A DNA stretch of 64,000 nucleotides from Ignavibacteriota bacterium (GTDB taxonomy: Bacteria; Bacteroidota; Ignavibacteria; UBA10030), in assembly GCA_963701295.1 (NCBI GenBank), contig OY969585.1, forward strand, positions 768,001-832,000, given 5' to 3'. Every line of letters starts with the position of its first letter. Position 1 is the stretch's first letter. Below, one piece after another: positions 61,341 through 64,000 of the stretch. Position numbers and translations under genes: made by a program. The notes under the pieces are model-generated. The model worked only from the letters and a program-made list of their open reading frames with translations. It was not told where the DNA came from and did no database searches.

Positions 61341-61369
61341 AAGGTAAGAGGAAAGTAGAAGGATGTCAA
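61341..61369 (-). promoter_or_regulatory. Putative sigma70 promoter of the protease gene
   Basis: Minus strand TTGACA-N17-TACCTT. Confidence 0.6.
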
Positions 61370-61481
61370 ATCTCATTGTTCCTTTTTCTTGCTCCAACAC
61401 AATTTTTCTTTCTTACAACATTTCCATACATTTATGTAATGAGACAACGATAGTTTCTTGAATTAAATTCTAAAAAAATCT

Positions 61482-62372
61482 ATGCCTTATGCCGGCGAGC
61501 TGAGCGCTCTTATGACCTCAATAATGTGGACGGGAAGCGCGCTTGCATTCGCTGCTGCAACTACTCGTGTTGGTTCGGTCTATGTGAATATAGTTCGGCT
61601 TCTTGCTGCTGTTATACTTCTTTTTGTTACAATTATTGTTTGGAACATTCATGACAACATTTCAATTTTACAGACTGTATTTTTAGTCGTGAGCGGTTTG
61701 GTTGGGTTTGTTTTCGGCGATACCTTCCTTTTCAAATCATTTGAATATAACAGTGCGCGGATCGGCATGCTTATTATGTCGGTTGCACCGGCAGTGACTG
61801 CGTTGCTTGCATTTATCTTTCTCGGCGAGACACTCACACCCATGGGCATGGTTGGCATGGCCGTCACGCTTACAGGTATTATGTTGGTTATACTTGAACG
61901 TAAGGAAGTGTCAACGCATCATTTACCTGTATCAATGGCAGGAGTATTCTACGCTTTTCTCGGTGCGCTGGGTCAAGCAGGCGGATTAATACTGGCAAAG
62001 TTCGCATTCGTTATAGGGCCAATGAATGGATTTATCGCTACGTTCATTAGAGCATTTGCCGCTACCTTGGTACTCATACCACTGAATTATTTTACAAATC
62101 GATTTGCACGACCGAGAACCGTATTTTCAAACAATCCGAAAGCATTGGCTTTTACATTGCTCGGCGCGGTTCTTGGTCCATATCTCGGTGTTACATTCAG
62201 CCTTATTGCCATATCGATGACCAAAGTTGCTATCGCAGCAACAATTATGTCGATTGTTCCTATCCTTATGCTTCCAACTGTGTGGATTCTCTTTCGTGAG
62301 CAGCTGTCGTGGCGGGCTATTGTTGGCGCCTGTATCGCCGTCACCGGAGTTGGGATTTTATTCCTTCGGTAA
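61482..62372 (+). CDS. DMT/EamA family transporter
   Basis: Ten TM in two EamA repeats; GE..AL, SG..G...GD, FLGE.L. Confidence 0.9.
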   Translation: MPYAGELSALMTSIMWTGSALAFAAATTRVGSVYVNIVRLLAAVILLFVTIIVWNIHDNISILQTVFLVVSGLVGFVFGDTFLFKSFEYNSARIGMLIMSVAPAVTALLAFIFLGETLTPMGMVGMAVTLTGIMLVILERKEVSTHHLPVSMAGVFYAFLGALGQAGGLILAKFAFVIGPMNGFIATFIRAFAATLVLIPLNYFTNRFARPRTVFSNNPKALAFTLLGAVLGPYLGVTFSLIAISMTKVAIAATIMSIVPILMLPTVWILFREQLSWRAIVGACIAVTGVGILFLR

Positions 62373-62472
62373 ATCGGGCAAACAGGGTTGAACGATAATA
62401 TTTAGTACGCTAAAGAGAGAATATTTAAATGTGTAATCGGTTATGTGGTGTCTTAATGTTTGCGGAAAAAAA

Positions 62473-63999
62473 TCAGTCTGGCATTTGAAATTCTTTATCC
62501 GGCGGGCGGATATCATCGTGCATTCTGCGTAGTGCGCGGTATGCTGTCTCGCTTCCCCGTTCCATACACTTGTGAAACTTGCGGTAGGCTTCTCCTATGT
62601 TGAGTGGTACACAAATTCCATGCTCGGCACAATAGGCAAGCGTCAAACTTGAAAGCAATGACCCTTGTTTTGCCATGGTATGAAGGAATGTCAGTGCTGT
62701 ATCGGCATCCTGCGTGTGTAATTGACCTATTACATTCGCAGCCGCAAGACGAACCTGCGCCTCTCGGCTTCCTAAAGCAGCGGCTCGTGTCCATAGTTCT
62801 GCGGCCTTCATGCGATCCTGCTGCGTCCATCGTCCGACGAAATAGCATGAACCTAATTCCACGATCGATGGAACGTGTTCCATCACAGCGGCGCGCAAAA
62901 GCAATTCAAACGCTTGCTTCTCATTCAACATTTTGCTAAAACCCAACGATGTTAATCCTGACCATACATATAGCGCGTCCGGATTCCTCTTCGATGACTG
63001 TAATTCAAGCTCCCGCCCAAACTCTTCTGAATTCGTCAGCTTCCAGAGCAATGCCGGCGCACGAAAGGAATCCAGATGAAGCGCGCGGAGATAATACACC
63101 GCGGCAAGGAGAGGATCTTTCATGACATTCAATCCATGTTCATAGCAGCGACCGAGCAAGCAGAGGGCTTCAGGATTACCCGCTTCCGCCGACGCAAGGA
63201 AAAACGAGTGTGCACTCGAATCTAATATCGATGCTTGTTCGCCTGTGACTGGTTGTTTCACCAACGGCACACCAACGGCTTTGTACGCTTCACGAATCAA
63301 TGTTGTGTCCGCAACACTGGTTGCCGTGTCCGTGTGAAAATCGATAAACAGAAGTGCGACACCTGTGTCTGCTGCAGTACGGCGTGCGGCAGTGTTTTTT
63401 TCATCAGGCATAGTGTTTGTTTCTACCGTATCGAATCCGCGCCGCAGCATTTCTTTCATCGTTTGTCTTGCATCTTCAAATCCAAGTTCCGCCGCCTTCT
63501 TGAAATAGCGATAGGATTTTGGCCAATTGCGCGGAACAACAAAATTCTCCGTGTATTGCAGCCCGAGAACGTACACTGCCTCCGGAACTTCCTGTGTTGC
63601 CGCTACGCAAAAATACTTGAACGCCTTGAATGGATTCCATTCAACGCCGTCGCCGTTGATCGACAGCAGTCCGAGATTGAATTCTGCCAGTGGAAGTTGT
63701 TGATCGGCTGCCCGCTGAATCCAGTACACAGCCTTCGGGGTATCAACAGGAAATCCTCTCCCCAGCAAATACCTCAATCCTAGCTCATGCTGTGCAGGAG
63801 CCTCTCCGGCATTCGCTTTTTGCATAAGGACGAATTCCTCGAGAAGCTGATACTCAAGCGTTGAGGGAAGAACATATGGAAGAGCAAACGCCGTCTCTGC
63901 ACTTTTGAATGCCTGCGGTTTTTTCTGCTGCTGTGCCAGCAACAGGATAGGGGCAACCAGTAGGAATGTGCATACACCGTATGCAATGGTATGGATTCG
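62473..63999 (-). CDS. Exported Sel1-repeat protein, 5' end beyond the window
   Basis: Repeated A...LG..Y..G.G...D...A..W...AA; frame open to the window edge through a signal-peptide h-region (FLLVAPILLLA-Q). Confidence 0.88.
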   Translation of the reverse strand, partial: RIHTIAYGVCTFLLVAPILLLAQQQKKPQAFKSAETAFALPYVLPSTLEYQLLEEFVLMQKANAGEAPAQHELGLRYLLGRGFPVDTPKAVYWIQRAADQQLPLAEFNLGLLSINGDGVEWNPFKAFKYFCVAATQEVPEAVYVLGLQYTENFVVPRNWPKSYRYFKKAAELGFEDARQTMKEMLRRGFDTVETNTMPDEKNTAARRTAADTGVALLFIDFHTDTATSVADTTLIREAYKAVGVPLVKQPVTGEQASILDSSAHSFFLASAEAGNPEALCLLGRCYEHGLNVMKDPLLAAVYYLRALHLDSFRAPALLWKLTNSEEFGRELELQSSKRNPDALYVWSGLTSLGFSKMLNEKQAFELLLRAAVMEHVPSIVELGSCYFVGRWTQQDRMKAAELWTRAAALGSREAQVRLAAANVIGQLHTQDADTALTFLHTMAKQGSLLSSLTLAYCAEHGICVPLNIGEAYRKFHKCMERGSETAYRALRRMHDDIRPPDKEFQMPD

Positions 64000-64000
64000 T

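Overview
A 64-kb chromosomal segment, mostly housekeeping genes plus cell-envelope accessory genes. It most likely comes from an Ignavibacteriota/Chlorobi-like member of the FCB group. This is inferred from three T9SS C-terminal sorting domains (YPNPFNP), many signal peptides cleaved before Gln, and E. coli-like TTGxxx-N17-TAxxxT promoters rather than Bacteroidia TAnnTTTG promoters. Gene order: lemA-htpX1-OMP-htpX2-GATase-like protein; CDF exporter; phosphoesterase-LytS-LytTR operon followed by a direct-repeat box and two T9SS cargo genes; M14 peptidase-ECF sigma; TonB receptor with two PAP2 genes; pdxJ; ACT protein; a large LamG/helical T9SS protein; a complete his operon led by a TrpR-like (YerC/HisR) repressor with two visible operators; etfBA-DUF151-TPR; tandem glnK-amtB duplication; prfC; addAB; DUF4159-DUF4175; an AmmeMemoRadiSam operon; DUF5700 protease; EamA; Sel1 protein. 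No rRNA, tRNA, CRISPR array or intact transposase was seen. Two genes (hisF and one PAP2) carry single-base insertions that are probably assembly errors. The best candidate for an undescribed system is the AmmeMemoRadiSam operon (55251-60162): its Memo-AMMECR1 fusion has a Sec signal, its radical SAM enzyme has a Tat-like signal, and it is coupled to a polytopic membrane protein whose spermidine-synthase-like domain lacks the aminopropyltransferase catalytic Asp residues. All family assignments are by motif recognition only; no database search was run.
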